From assembly GCA_963758915.1 (NCBI GenBank), contig CAVWXH010000015.1, forward strand, positions 32,001-96,000: 64,000 bases of DNA, written 5' to 3'. Under the pieces are notes generated by a model, which did no database searches, was not told where the DNA came from, and saw only the letters and a program-made list of their open reading frames with translations. Made by a program: the position numbers and the translations under genes. The DNA is from an uncultured Methanomicrobiales archaeon. Its GTDB lineage: Archaea > Halobacteriota > Methanomicrobia > Methanomicrobiales > Methanospirillaceae. Below, piece after piece: positions 44,109 through 53,633 of this stretch; positions within the stretch are counted from its first letter, which is position 1; every line of letters starts with the position of its first letter.

Positions 44109-45395
44109 TTACTTTTTTCCTTTCTGAGGCGGCTCCTTATCAAGGAGGTCCTTAACCAGTTTCATCGCGCACAGGTCTCCGCACATCGAACAGGTCTCGA
44201 GTTTCCCATCCCGTTCGTGAATTTTTCTTGCTACATCACCAAAGAGACCAAGCGTGAACTGGCCTTCCCAGTCCAGCCTCCGGCGGGCATCAGCCATCTG
44301 TGATTCCCGCTGAAGTACAGAGTCGTCCTTTCGTCTCGCCATGTCACCAATATGCGCTGCAAGACGGGCAACCCTAGTCCCTTCAATAATATCATCAACG
44401 TCCGGAAGGGCAAGGTGTTCGGCCGGTGAAACCATGCAGAGGAAATCTGCCCCGTTTTCACATGCAATTGCACCCCCTACGGCGGCAACGACATGGTCAT
44501 ATCCCGCCCCGATATCGGTGACCAGTGGACCGAGCAGGTACAGCGGGGCGTGATCGGTCAGTTCCTTGATCATCCTCACATTGTACCCGATCTGGTTCAT
44601 CGGGATATGACCAGGCCCCTCGACCATCCGCTGTACTCCGCGGTCGAGGGCACGGTGAGCAAGACTGCCGAGTGTCAGGTATTCAACGGTCTTTGCCCTA
44701 CGCCCCGCGTCCCGGAGACACCCGGGCCGCATCCCGTCCCCAAGACTGATTACCACGTCTGACTCAGCAAGAATGTCAAGGAGGTAATCATATTCCTTGA
44801 ACAACGGGTTCTCCTCTTCCCTCTGCACCATCATGGCAATGTGAAATGCACCTCCCCGGCTGACGACTCCCATAAGCCGCGGGTCTTCCCGGAGAGCTGC
44901 AAGCGCTTCGTAATTTACTCCACAGTGCAGGGTAAGGAAGTCGACACCATCTTTGCAATGCTGCCGGATGACGTTAAAAAGCGTATCTGAGTCAACATCG
45001 GCCACATTGCCGGCTTTCCTGACCGCTTCGTAAACCGGAACCGTCCCGACCGGCACATCGAGGGCGAGGATACTCTTACGGATCTCCGGGAGGTCCCCGC
45101 CAGTGGAGAGGTCCATCAGGGTATCAGCGCCGTTCTTAATCGCTGCTTCGGCCTTCCTTATTTCGAGTGCCTCATCACACCGCTCACCCGATGTGCCGAC
45201 ATTCACATTGACCTTGACACGGCACCCTTCACCAACCGCACATGCAGGGTGTTTCCGGTAAGGATTTGCGGGGATCACCACCCGGCCCCTGGCTACGCTT
45301 CTGGCGAGGTCCCGGGGCGTAATTCCCTCAACCCGGGCCACCTGTTCCACGACAACAGGGACTCCTTTATGGCATTCCTGGACGAGGGTATACAT
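44109..45395 (-). CDS. thiC: Phosphomethylpyrimidine synthase ThiC (or ThiC-like paralog)
   Basis: KVNVNVGTS, MDLSTGG, VSRGG, SLGDGMRPG, EGPGH, GYDH, EHLALP, CSMCGDLC. Start placed at MYTLVQ. Confidence 0.82.
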   Translation of the reverse strand: MYTLVQECHKGVPVVVEQVARVEGITPRDLARSVARGRVVIPANPYRKHPACAVGEGCRVKVNVNVGTSGERCDEALEIRKAEAAIKNGADTLMDLSTGGDLPEIRKSILALDVPVGTVPVYEAVRKAGNVADVDSDTLFNVIRQHCKDGVDFLTLHCGVNYEALAALREDPRLMGVVSRGGAFHIAMMVQREEENPLFKEYDYLLDILAESDVVISLGDGMRPGCLRDAGRRAKTVEYLTLGSLAHRALDRGVQRMVEGPGHIPMNQIGYNVRMIKELTDHAPLYLLGPLVTDIGAGYDHVVAAVGGAIACENGADFLCMVSPAEHLALPDVDDIIEGTRVARLAAHIGDMARRKDDSVLQRESQMADARRRLDWEGQFTLGLFGDVARKIHERDGKLETCSMCGDLCAMKLVKDLLDKEPPQKGKK

Positions 45396-45429
45396 AAAAC
45401 ACATTTGTTTCGGGAACTTATTATTGTGC

Positions 45430-46032
45430 ATGCCTGTCCAGTGGATTCCCGGTGACCCGGTATTTGCTAATTCCTACCTTGTTGGGGATACTCTCATTGA
45501 CGCCGGGGTGACACCCCTGGCCGTCTCGAAATACCGGGACACCATCAGGAAGATCATCCTCACCCATTGTCATTTCGACCATACGGCCCATGTTAAGGAA
45601 ATTGCCCTGATGTGCAAGGCAACAGTGTATATTCACCGCGATGATGCCACCGGACTTGTTACGGATGCACAGAGCCTCTCCATGCATTTTGGTTCCCATT
45701 CACCCGGGATTATTGCCGACACCCTGCTCATGGACGGGGACCATGTAGGTGATCTCCTGGTCATTCATACCCCGGGCCACACGCCCGGCAGCATCTGCAT
45801 CCTGGACGAAGCAAGCGGGGACCTGATCTCCGGGGATACGGTATTTACCGATGGTGGATTTGGCAGGTTTGATTTCCCGGGCGGGAACCTGGATGAGTTA
45901 ATCCGGTCAATTGAACGGCTTTCGGCATTGGATATCCAGGGTCTTTATCCAGGACACGGGGAACCCTCCCGTCAGGGTGGTGCACGCCATGTTGCAGCCG
46001 CACGTGAACTGATCCGGATGACCTGTCCGTGA
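45430..46032 (+). CDS. Metallo-beta-lactamase fold hydrolase
   Basis: THCHFDH, HTPGHTPGS, SGDTVF, PGHG. Confidence 0.9.
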   Translation: MPVQWIPGDPVFANSYLVGDTLIDAGVTPLAVSKYRDTIRKIILTHCHFDHTAHVKEIALMCKATVYIHRDDATGLVTDAQSLSMHFGSHSPGIIADTLLMDGDHVGDLLVIHTPGHTPGSICILDEASGDLISGDTVFTDGGFGRFDFPGGNLDELIRSIERLSALDIQGLYPGHGEPSRQGGARHVAAARELIRMTCP

Positions 46033-46045
46033 AAGGTCCATTCCG

Positions 46046-46495
46046 ATGGAAAAAGGTGTTTACTGCCTCGTATTGTTCCACGGGCCCTGCACCATCCGGG
46101 TAGGGGCCCTTGGGTACCTGGCATTTCCAGGCGGCTGGCATGTCTATACCGGTTCTGCGCAGGGAACGGGTGGCCTCAAACGGGTACAACGGCATATCAG
46201 TCTCGCAGCATCCCGGAGACACACAAAGCGGTGGCATATTGACTACCTTCTGGGTTACGAAGGGGTCACGCTTCTCTCTACCATCTGTGCACGCACGGCC
46301 CTCCTAATCGAATGCGAACTCGCAAATGCAATCGGTGGGGTCCCGGTCAGAGGTTTCGGGTGCAGTGACTGCCATTGCGGTTCACACCTTTTTTATTTTG
46401 ATACGGATCCGGTCAGTTCGATCATAAGTGCGATGGTTTCAGCCGGTCTTGACCCCGTCATCGCAACAATCAATACCAAGCAGGGAGAGTGTTGA
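46046..46495 (+). CDS. GIY-YIG-like nuclease (DUF123 type)
   Basis: KGVYCL, YTGSA, RVQRH, WHIDYL, EC, FGCSDC.C.SHLF. Confidence 0.82.
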   Translation: MEKGVYCLVLFHGPCTIRVGALGYLAFPGGWHVYTGSAQGTGGLKRVQRHISLAASRRHTKRWHIDYLLGYEGVTLLSTICARTALLIECELANAIGGVPVRGFGCSDCHCGSHLFYFDTDPVSSIISAMVSAGLDPVIATINTKQGEC

Positions 46496-46509
46496 TTGAT
46501 GGTGATGGT

Positions 46510-47061
46510 ATGCAGGTACTAGGGATCTCCGGGAGCATGAGAAAAGATGGCAATACGAGCAGGCTGGTAACTATCATTCTGAAACAATGCCAGGATAAGG
46601 GGCTTACAACCGAGTTTGTCTCCCTTGCTGACAAGCAGATCCATCCATGCATCGGCTGTGAAAAGTGTAAAAAAGAGCACGAATGCTCCATTACCGACGA
46701 TGACTGGGAAGAGGTCGCGTCCCGTATACTTGACTGCGAAGTGCTGGTGATTGGGTCACCGACCTACTATTACGACGTATCGGGGCAACTGAAGAACTTC
46801 ATTGACAGAACATATTCCTATTACCACGACCGGAGACTGGCCGGGAGGAAAGCCGTGGCCGTTTCGGTTGAGGCGGATAAAGGGGGTTCCAGGACAATCC
46901 AGACGATAGAGGGGTTCTTGTCTGCCCACGAGTTTTCATACGTTGGTCATGTGAAAGGCAAGGGGTACCTTGCAGGGGATGTGCTGAAGGATGCAGATGC
47001 AATCGCCCATGCAAAGAAAATCGGTGACAAGATAACACGGCTTTTCCACACAGGGGATTAA
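46510..47061 (+). CDS. Iron-sulfur flavoprotein (Isf/flavodoxin family)
   Basis: GSMRKDGNT, CIGCEKCxxxxxC, GSPTY, FIDR. Confidence 0.85.
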   Translation: MQVLGISGSMRKDGNTSRLVTIILKQCQDKGLTTEFVSLADKQIHPCIGCEKCKKEHECSITDDDWEEVASRILDCEVLVIGSPTYYYDVSGQLKNFIDRTYSYYHDRRLAGRKAVAVSVEADKGGSRTIQTIEGFLSAHEFSYVGHVKGKGYLAGDVLKDADAIAHAKKIGDKITRLFHTGD

Positions 47062-47096
47062 AGATCTTTTTAAATAGTCACATTTTTTATCTTTTC

Positions 47097-47840
47097 ATGT
47101 TAATTACTCCGATATTGACTTCCACACACCCCGCTGAACAGCCGCCACCTAATGTACCCCGCAACATTAGAGGTCATGACCCGGTATGTAAAAATTTAGA
47201 CAGGGTTATAGCCCTCAGTGACGGGGTCTTCGCATTTGCTGTCACCTTACTCGCCCTCTCACTCATAGTCCCGACGTTATCCACCGGAGCGCGTCAGACC
47301 GAATTAGTAGCTGATCTCATGGGTATGGGACCGACATTTATCAGTTATTTTGTTAGTTTTTTTGTCATTGCATCATGGTGGCGGGGCCACCACCGGGTGT
47401 TTACGTATATAAAACGGTGTAATTCCACCCTTATCAGCCTTAATTTCTATTTCCTCCTCTGTATTACGATAATTCCCTTCCTGACCAACCTGATCATCCA
47501 GTATGGCAGTTTCGAACTCGCAACGATATTGTTTGCATTCATGCAGGTCGTGACCGGGGTTATGCTTATCATCATCTGGATGTACGCATCCGGAAACCAC
47601 CGCCTTATTGACCCCCACCTGAATGTACGGGTTATCAGGTTCAATTACCACCGGGAACTGATTGTGATCGCTATTTTTCTCATATCGATCCCTGTTGCCC
47701 TGTTCAGTACGGCCCTTGCACAAATCTCGTGGATTGCTCTGGCGCCGCTTGCCAGTATCCTCCAGCGGGCATACCGCGACGTGGAAGAGTTGGTAGAGGA
47801 GGTAGAGGAGGAGATAGATGCCAGGGATAAGAAGGATTGA
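47097..47840 (+). CDS. TMEM175 family potassium channel
   Basis: DRVIALSDGVFAFAVTLL, SYFVSF, WRGHH, IPFLT. Start uncertain. Confidence 0.85.
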   Translation: MLITPILTSTHPAEQPPPNVPRNIRGHDPVCKNLDRVIALSDGVFAFAVTLLALSLIVPTLSTGARQTELVADLMGMGPTFISYFVSFFVIASWWRGHHRVFTYIKRCNSTLISLNFYFLLCITIIPFLTNLIIQYGSFELATILFAFMQVVTGVMLIIIWMYASGNHRLIDPHLNVRVIRFNYHRELIVIAIFLISIPVALFSTALAQISWIALAPLASILQRAYRDVEELVEEVEEEIDARDKKD

Positions 47841-47939
47841 TCGGTGCAATATTCAGATAGGATCTTATTCAAGCCATGTTGTTATTCGGTATTCCGGAAA
47901 ATTGATTTTTTCAGGTATCCTGTAAAAAACCGAATTTCC

Positions 47940-48204
47940 GGTTCTGCTGATTATGCTCTCAAATCTATCCTGGAAATTTTTGGTATTCTGAAATTTACCC
48001 ACGTTCCCGGGAGATCCGCCCCACCGCTTTGGCAACCCCGGGTGGGATAGGAAATGGCCTTTTTATCTCTGAAACTTTCAGGAATACTTCAGTTGAACCC
48101 TGCCCAAAGGATATGTTGCCGGGGGTAGGACAGGGGGTGAAACACCCTCGTTGTCTTACGTGTTTTCCCTTCAATTCGAAACACGCGAGGGTGTCAACAA
48201 ACCC
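47940..48204. mobile_element. MITE-like element copy C (short form, about 265 bp)
   Basis: Left GGTTCTGCTGAT, right GTCAACAAACCC (revcomp GGGTTTGTTGAC); flanks cgaatttcc/ggattttca; shared core. Confidence 0.75.
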
Positions 48205-48210
48205 GGATTT

Positions 48211-49299
48211 TCACACAAACGCATAAAGTGTTGTGCGCTGGCGGAGTTCACGGCCAAGGTCATCCGCCAGTATTTTCATCTCGGACGGGTCCAGGTAATC
48301 GGTATTGGATGCACCCGCTCCTTTTGAAATGCTCTCTTCAAACATTGTCCCGCCAATATCATCGGCCCCGGCCATGAGACCAAGTTGTGCCATTTTGATG
48401 CCGGTCTTGACCCAGGAGACCTGGATATGCGGGATATTGTCGAGGAAGAGGCGCGCTAGCGCAACCATCAGGATATCTTCCCTTCCGGTAGCCCCGGGGC
48501 GCGCAGTGCCCTCCCTGAAAAGACGCGTATTCATATGGACAAACGAGAGCGGCACAAATTCTGTAAACCCGCATGTATCATCCTGTATATTCCGGAGGAT
48601 CTCAAAATGCCGTACCCGGTCTTCAACCGACTCACAATGGCCATACATGATCGTTGCAGTCGTGGGTATTCCAAGAAGATGCGCTTCCCGGATAATTTTC
48701 TCCCATTCCGCGGTAGAGATTTTCCCAGGGCATATCACATCACGTACCTCGTCAACGAGTATCTCTGCTGCAGTCCCGCATAGTGAACCAAGGCCTGCCC
48801 CTTTCATCTCCACCAGCATCTCTCCTGTCGTGATGCCACTTTTCCGTGCCCCATACGCGATTTCCATAGGATTACCTGCGTGAAGGTGAACCTCCGGGGC
48901 TTCTTCGTGGAGGGTGCGGATTATCCCGGAATAGGAGGAGGCGTCAAAATCAGGGTGCAGACCGCTGACCGTACAGATTTCCGTGACATTTCTTTCCCGG
49001 GCGAGAGCTGCCTTCTCCCGGATCTCATCGGGACCGAAGAGGAATGTCCCTGCATCACCGGGTTTTTTTGAAAAGCCACAGAAACCACAGGTGTTTATAC
49101 AGATATTGGTGACATTGATGTTCTGGTTCCTTACGTATGTCACCCGGTTTCCTGTAACTTTTTCCCTCACTTTGTCTGCTGCTGATGCGATGTCCCAGAC
49201 ACGCCTGTCCCGGACTGACATGAGCATTATCCCCTCCCGGGCGGTAAGCCGGTGTCCACCAAGAATGTCATCAAGAAGTTGCCGGACGGGATCTGTCAC
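48211..49299 (-). CDS. cofH: FO synthase subunit CofH
   Basis: VTYVRNQNIN, radical SAM CINTCGFC, GTAAEIL, TATIMYGH, FTEFVPL, IQVSW. Confidence 0.9.
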   Translation of the reverse strand: MTDPVRQLLDDILGGHRLTAREGIMLMSVRDRRVWDIASAADKVREKVTGNRVTYVRNQNINVTNICINTCGFCGFSKKPGDAGTFLFGPDEIREKAALARERNVTEICTVSGLHPDFDASSYSGIIRTLHEEAPEVHLHAGNPMEIAYGARKSGITTGEMLVEMKGAGLGSLCGTAAEILVDEVRDVICPGKISTAEWEKIIREAHLLGIPTTATIMYGHCESVEDRVRHFEILRNIQDDTCGFTEFVPLSFVHMNTRLFREGTARPGATGREDILMVALARLFLDNIPHIQVSWVKTGIKMAQLGLMAGADDIGGTMFEESISKGAGASNTDYLDPSEMKILADDLGRELRQRTTLYAFV

Positions 49300-49429
49300 G
49301 TGAAATTAACACCTCATATTCCTAATCTGACGAAGGATGGCAGGGCTGATAAAATCATCCATAGATACCCGGTCGTTTACAAAGAGGGATTCCTCCTGAA
49401 TGCTTATCGGTGTTTAACACGTACCTCTC

Positions 49430-49789
49430 ATGCGAATACGCATGATCGAAGAAACAGTTCCATTAAAAAATTCAGATGGAAAAGGGTTTGTTATTCCCCT
49501 CGGCAGTATCAACCTCGTCGGGGTCGTGGCCAGAAAGGGTATGGTGGGGTGTGGTGCCTTTGACGTTTCTGCACTCAATAATTTTGCGTACCCGGCAGCG
49601 AAAGTCCGTCCGCTGACCGGTCCGTCAATTGTAACGATAGCCGACCTTCTTTCAGGAGAAATCAAAGAAGCAAACGCTGCGGCCCAGCAGTTTGGTATCA
49701 CAAAGGGTATGACCGGAAGGGCAGCACTTAGACCTGCTTTCCTGAACAAAGAGTCAGATACATACTTTAAAAAATTAACACACAATTAA
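49430..49789 (+). CDS. YunC/DUF1805 family protein
   Basis: KGMVGCGAFDV, AAKV, TIADLL, GITKGMTG.AAL. Confidence 0.8.
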   Translation: MRIRMIEETVPLKNSDGKGFVIPLGSINLVGVVARKGMVGCGAFDVSALNNFAYPAAKVRPLTGPSIVTIADLLSGEIKEANAAAQQFGITKGMTGRAALRPAFLNKESDTYFKKLTHN

Positions 49790-49819
49790 TTGTTAATCAA
49801 TCGAAAGAGATAATATAAC

Positions 49820-50084
49820 GGCTTTGTTGAACCCCTCTCAAATATATCTTGCAGAGCCGGTAATTCCATTATTCGGTCACGCATCCGGGGCTCCGCCCCG
49901 CCGCGTTGGCGATCCAGTCTGGGATAGGGAATAATCTCAAAATCCCTGAAATTTTCTTCCAATCCCCCGAATCGGATCCTGCCAGTGAATATGTTATTGG
50001 GGGCGGGGCAGGCAGGGGGTGAAACCCCCTCATGTCTACATATTTTTCCTTCCTTCTTCTAAATACGCAGGCTTTCGAAAAAGA
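49820..50084. mobile_element. MITE-like element copy D (short form, about 265 bp)
   Basis: Left GGCTTTGTTGAA, right TTCGAAAAAGA (degenerate); flanks taatataac/tatcataac; hairpins GGGGCTCCGCCCC and AGGGGGTGAAACCCCCT. Confidence 0.75.
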
Positions 50085-50171
50085 TATCATAACCGTTAAA
50101 AGCTAAATCCCCAATACAGAACTTTATCACTTATGATCTGGTTCGTTTCTGATTCTGCTCTTCAAATCGAT

Positions 50172-51077
50172 TTAACTCGTGGGCAGACCTGCAGTCGGTA
50201 TTTTGAAGATGTGGATCGATTGGTCTTTCCCTGCACAGGGACCGGGCTGATTTGACTTCCTTTTATCCGATACAACTGCCAGCCGGTCGTTTCCAAGCCA
50301 CGTCACACCTTCCAGATTACAGTATATAATCTGGCCTTTATCATCACGTGGGAACAGAAACAACTGGCCATCGTCTTCGAACGGGTCTTTCATACTGATC
50401 GGTTGAGCACGAAGGCGCCCAACCCACATGGCAGACGAGGCCTGCGAGAGCACTGTCAGACAGCCATTGGCGAAATCAAGGCTGGAGTAGTCCTTGTAAC
50501 GCACTGATTTTGGCAGTCTTATCGTTCCAACATGCTCCCAGTTTTCCGCGGCCCATTTGAAGACCTGGATAACTCCATTTCCCGGCTGAACTCCGGCGCT
50601 ACCGCTTTTACAGTTATTTCCCTCGCATAGACCAAGCAGGTAATCGTTCCCGGTATAGTGGAGGGTTGATAAGCCTTCGAAACCTTTGTTGCCGTTTTTG
50701 AGTGGAAAGTTCAACCAGTAACTTTTGATAAAGGCAAAGGATTCGTCAAACTCATCTATGCGTGGCATGAAGACGCCCGACTTCGTTTCAGCGGCCTCGA
50801 TCAGGCAATACCACCGGTTGTTTGATAACTGATATGTAATATCTTCATAACCAGCCCCCGTTCCATTCAAATCCATCAAGAAAGGCTCCACTCCCGCGTA
50901 GCGCCAATCAAGCTTGATACGCAAAAGACGCGGATCATCATCGAAAATGATGTGGAGATAGTCATCCTTCAGGTAGATGCCACTGGCTTCGTAGCGCTTA
51001 TCGCCAGCGCCTTTGAGCAGTGCGCCAATCCTGACCTCCAGAACAAGCTCCAATAGAGTCGCCGTTTCCTGCTTCAT
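50172..51077 (-). CDS. Hypothetical protein, probable beta-propeller (YjiK/SdiA-regulated-like)
   Basis: Repeating blade-like motifs EASGI, YEDITY, FEGLS, YSSLD, LEGVTW. Start ATG 51077 or TTG 51116. Confidence 0.6.
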   Translation of the reverse strand: MKQETATLLELVLEVRIGALLKGAGDKRYEASGIYLKDDYLHIIFDDDPRLLRIKLDWRYAGVEPFLMDLNGTGAGYEDITYQLSNNRWYCLIEAAETKSGVFMPRIDEFDESFAFIKSYWLNFPLKNGNKGFEGLSTLHYTGNDYLLGLCEGNNCKSGSAGVQPGNGVIQVFKWAAENWEHVGTIRLPKSVRYKDYSSLDFANGCLTVLSQASSAMWVGRLRAQPISMKDPFEDDGQLFLFPRDDKGQIIYCNLEGVTWLGNDRLAVVSDKRKSNQPGPCAGKDQSIHIFKIPTAGLPTS

Positions 51078-51238
51078 TGCTCCAACACCTGCATGGAAAT
51101 TTTCCAAAGTTGCCAAGGATTATATGAATCACTTGTAATGGAAGATATTATCCTCCATCATCTTGTTTCCAAGGTTATTTTCCAATAGAATTTTTTTAAA
51201 ATAGAAAGAATTCCCAATCCGTTTATAATTACCCGTTT

Positions 51239-52327
51239 TCATAAAAGATCGTATAGCGTTGTCCGCTGGCGGAGCGGACGCCCGAGGTCCTTTGCAATCC
51301 GCTCCATTATAACCGGGTCAAGGTATTCGGCACTCTCCGCACCGGCATCTCTTGATACATCATCGGCGAACATGGTCCCTGCGAAGTCATTCGCTCCCGA
51401 TGCCAGGGATAGTTCGCTCATCTTTAGTCCTAACTTCCCCCAGGAGACCTGGATGTTTTTAAAATTGTCAAGAAACAGGCGTGAGACGGCAACCAGGAGG
51501 ATATCTTCCATGCCGGTCGCACCCGCACGGGCAATACCCTGCTGGTAGAGGGGGGTACCGGTATGGATATACGTTAACGGGACCAGTTCCGTGAACCCCC
51601 CGGTCTCATCCTGGATTTCACGGAGAATGGACAGGTGTTTCGCGCGTTCCGGGGCATTTTCATAGGAACCATACATGATGGTTGCGGTCGTCGGGATCTT
51701 CATCCTGTGGGCTTCCCTGATGATCTTTGTCCAATCACGGGTATTGAGTTTATTCGGGCAGATCACCGACCTCACATCATCGACAAGGATTTCTGCAGCC
51801 GTCCCCTGGAGTGAACCGAGTCCAGCTTTTTGCAGCCGCTCCAGGACCTCGATAGTACTGATTCCACTCCTGTCTGACGCATGAGCGACCTCGTCCGGGC
51901 TGAATGCATGTACGTGGACTCCCGGGGCAGCCCGTGTGACCCAGCTGAGGATCTCCTCGTAGGACTCCATGGTGAAATCCGGGTGGACCCCGGAGAGAAG
52001 ACAAATTTCAGTGACCTTCCGCTCCATAGCGAGCGCCACTTTTTTTCCAATCTCCGCCTGGTCATTGCAGTATGCACCCTCGGCACCCGGGCTTTTCCCG
52101 AAGCCACAAAAACCGCAGAGATTTTTACAGATATTCGTGATATGGATATTCTGGTTACGCACGTACGTTATGATATTCCCGGCCTTTTTCTCCCGCATCC
52201 CATCTGCGGCAGCGAGAATAGAGAATACCTCCCGGCCCCTGGTGTCGAGAAGCGCGGCTGCTTCAGGCTCTGTCATACGGTGCCCACCCCCGATATCACG
52301 TAGCAGCTGGCACAGGTCCATATTCAC
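51239..52327 (-). CDS. cofH: FO synthase subunit CofH (second paralog)
   Basis: ITYVRNQNIH, CKNLCGFC, GTAAEIL, TATIMYG, IQVSW. Confidence 0.9.
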   Translation of the reverse strand: MNMDLCQLLRDIGGGHRMTEPEAAALLDTRGREVFSILAAADGMREKKAGNIITYVRNQNIHITNICKNLCGFCGFGKSPGAEGAYCNDQAEIGKKVALAMERKVTEICLLSGVHPDFTMESYEEILSWVTRAAPGVHVHAFSPDEVAHASDRSGISTIEVLERLQKAGLGSLQGTAAEILVDDVRSVICPNKLNTRDWTKIIREAHRMKIPTTATIMYGSYENAPERAKHLSILREIQDETGGFTELVPLTYIHTGTPLYQQGIARAGATGMEDILLVAVSRLFLDNFKNIQVSWGKLGLKMSELSLASGANDFAGTMFADDVSRDAGAESAEYLDPVIMERIAKDLGRPLRQRTTLYDLL

Positions 52328-52335
52328 CCTCAGAA

Positions 52336-53184
52336 TTATTTCTTCTGCTTATTCTTTTTCCCGGGTTTTACCTGGCTTTTTGGGGTTTCCTTTTTGCGGA
52401 GATACCACTCGTGAAGGAGGATGAGAAGGATAATGATGATCGCAACCGGGATTATATTAAGCGGCAGATACCCTACGAGGGGAACAGAAAAGACCGCTTT
52501 GCCAACAATCCATTCCGGTTTAACGGGTTCGATTGCCCCGAGACTCGTATAATGTGAAAGCCCTGACCCCTGGTCACTCCTCCAGTTGTTATCCCCTTTC
52601 GTAATATAGCCACCATGGGTGTCCGTGCTGTTCAGGGGTACGATAAAGCCGATATCAGGGTCTGGTGAAGGAATAATCGATCCCTGGGCGGTAAAATTGT
52701 CCTTCGTTATCGGGATGTAACTCGTTGGCGTGTGTTTCCCACCACTGGGGTTGACATAGGCGACCAGCGTGCTGCCCGGTTCCTCGTATACCATTGCACG
52801 GTGGATGATCGGGTGTGCCCCCCCGATAAACGGTATCGGGGAACCGGTCCCCCCGTTCGGGTTATAGATTATTACATCACCATAATCCCCGAATTTGGAA
52901 TATCCCGACTCTTTTCCCTCGGTCCACGATTGAAGCGGGCCAAACCTGTCTGCCTGGACAACGAACACAAGGTCCCCTACATTCATGTGCGGTACCATGC
53001 TCTCGGACTCTATCGTCACAACAGCAGGCCACGTACCGCTGACTGCGAATAAGAGCGCGGCTATTGAACCGACAACAATGATTACCCACAGGAACTCGCG
53101 GAGCAGTGATATGACTTTATTGTCACTATTTTTAAATTTTTCAAGAATTGAGGTGTTTTGCTTATCCTCACCAGTATCTTTCAT
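52336..53184 (-). CDS. sec11: Signal peptidase I, archaeal S26B
   Basis: ESESMVP catalytic Ser, GDVII, IIHR, TKGDNN. Confidence 0.85.
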   Translation of the reverse strand: MKDTGEDKQNTSILEKFKNSDNKVISLLREFLWVIIVVGSIAALLFAVSGTWPAVVTIESESMVPHMNVGDLVFVVQADRFGPLQSWTEGKESGYSKFGDYGDVIIYNPNGGTGSPIPFIGGAHPIIHRAMVYEEPGSTLVAYVNPSGGKHTPTSYIPITKDNFTAQGSIIPSPDPDIGFIVPLNSTDTHGGYITKGDNNWRSDQGSGLSHYTSLGAIEPVKPEWIVGKAVFSVPLVGYLPLNIIPVAIIIILLILLHEWYLRKKETPKSQVKPGKKNKQKK

Positions 53185-53633
53185 TCGTCTTTTTATCTTT
53201 GTACTATTGTCATATAATTAATCGCGTCACGGCATGGATTTTTGGACATCGAATGAAGCAATTACAGAAAGTCCGGGATATAACAAACCGGCACCATTCA
53301 ATCCAGCCCACACACATTGTTGGCATACGTTGATGGTTTTTTTTTACCGGGTCTGCATCCCTCTGTCAGATTGCGACAGTATTACCACTGCAGTCAGCAG
53401 CGGGCTCACCCCGGCAGCACTGCTATGGCATTCCAGATAGTGGTTCCGGATTTAACTCAAAGCGTACCAGCATTACATGGTCGCCCTTGCAACCATGCAG
53501 GAAGAGCAGGAAAATTTTGAGGACTTCCGGATTTTCCAGGTCATATGTAACACTCATCGCAGGCCATTGAGGGTTATTGTTCCATCCCCGATCTAAAATC
53601 CTATATCGGCAGCAGGGGATAGTATTAGATCAG

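Noticed and set aside
53265-53292. GAAAGTCCGGG...AAACCGGC resembling RNase P RNA conserved regions
   Set aside because: Lacks the preceding GAG and the motifs are far too close for an RNA of 300 nt or more.
53185-53633. Replication origin beside sec11/polD1
   Set aside because: No cdc6/orc1 in the window and no convincing ORB repeats with G-strings.
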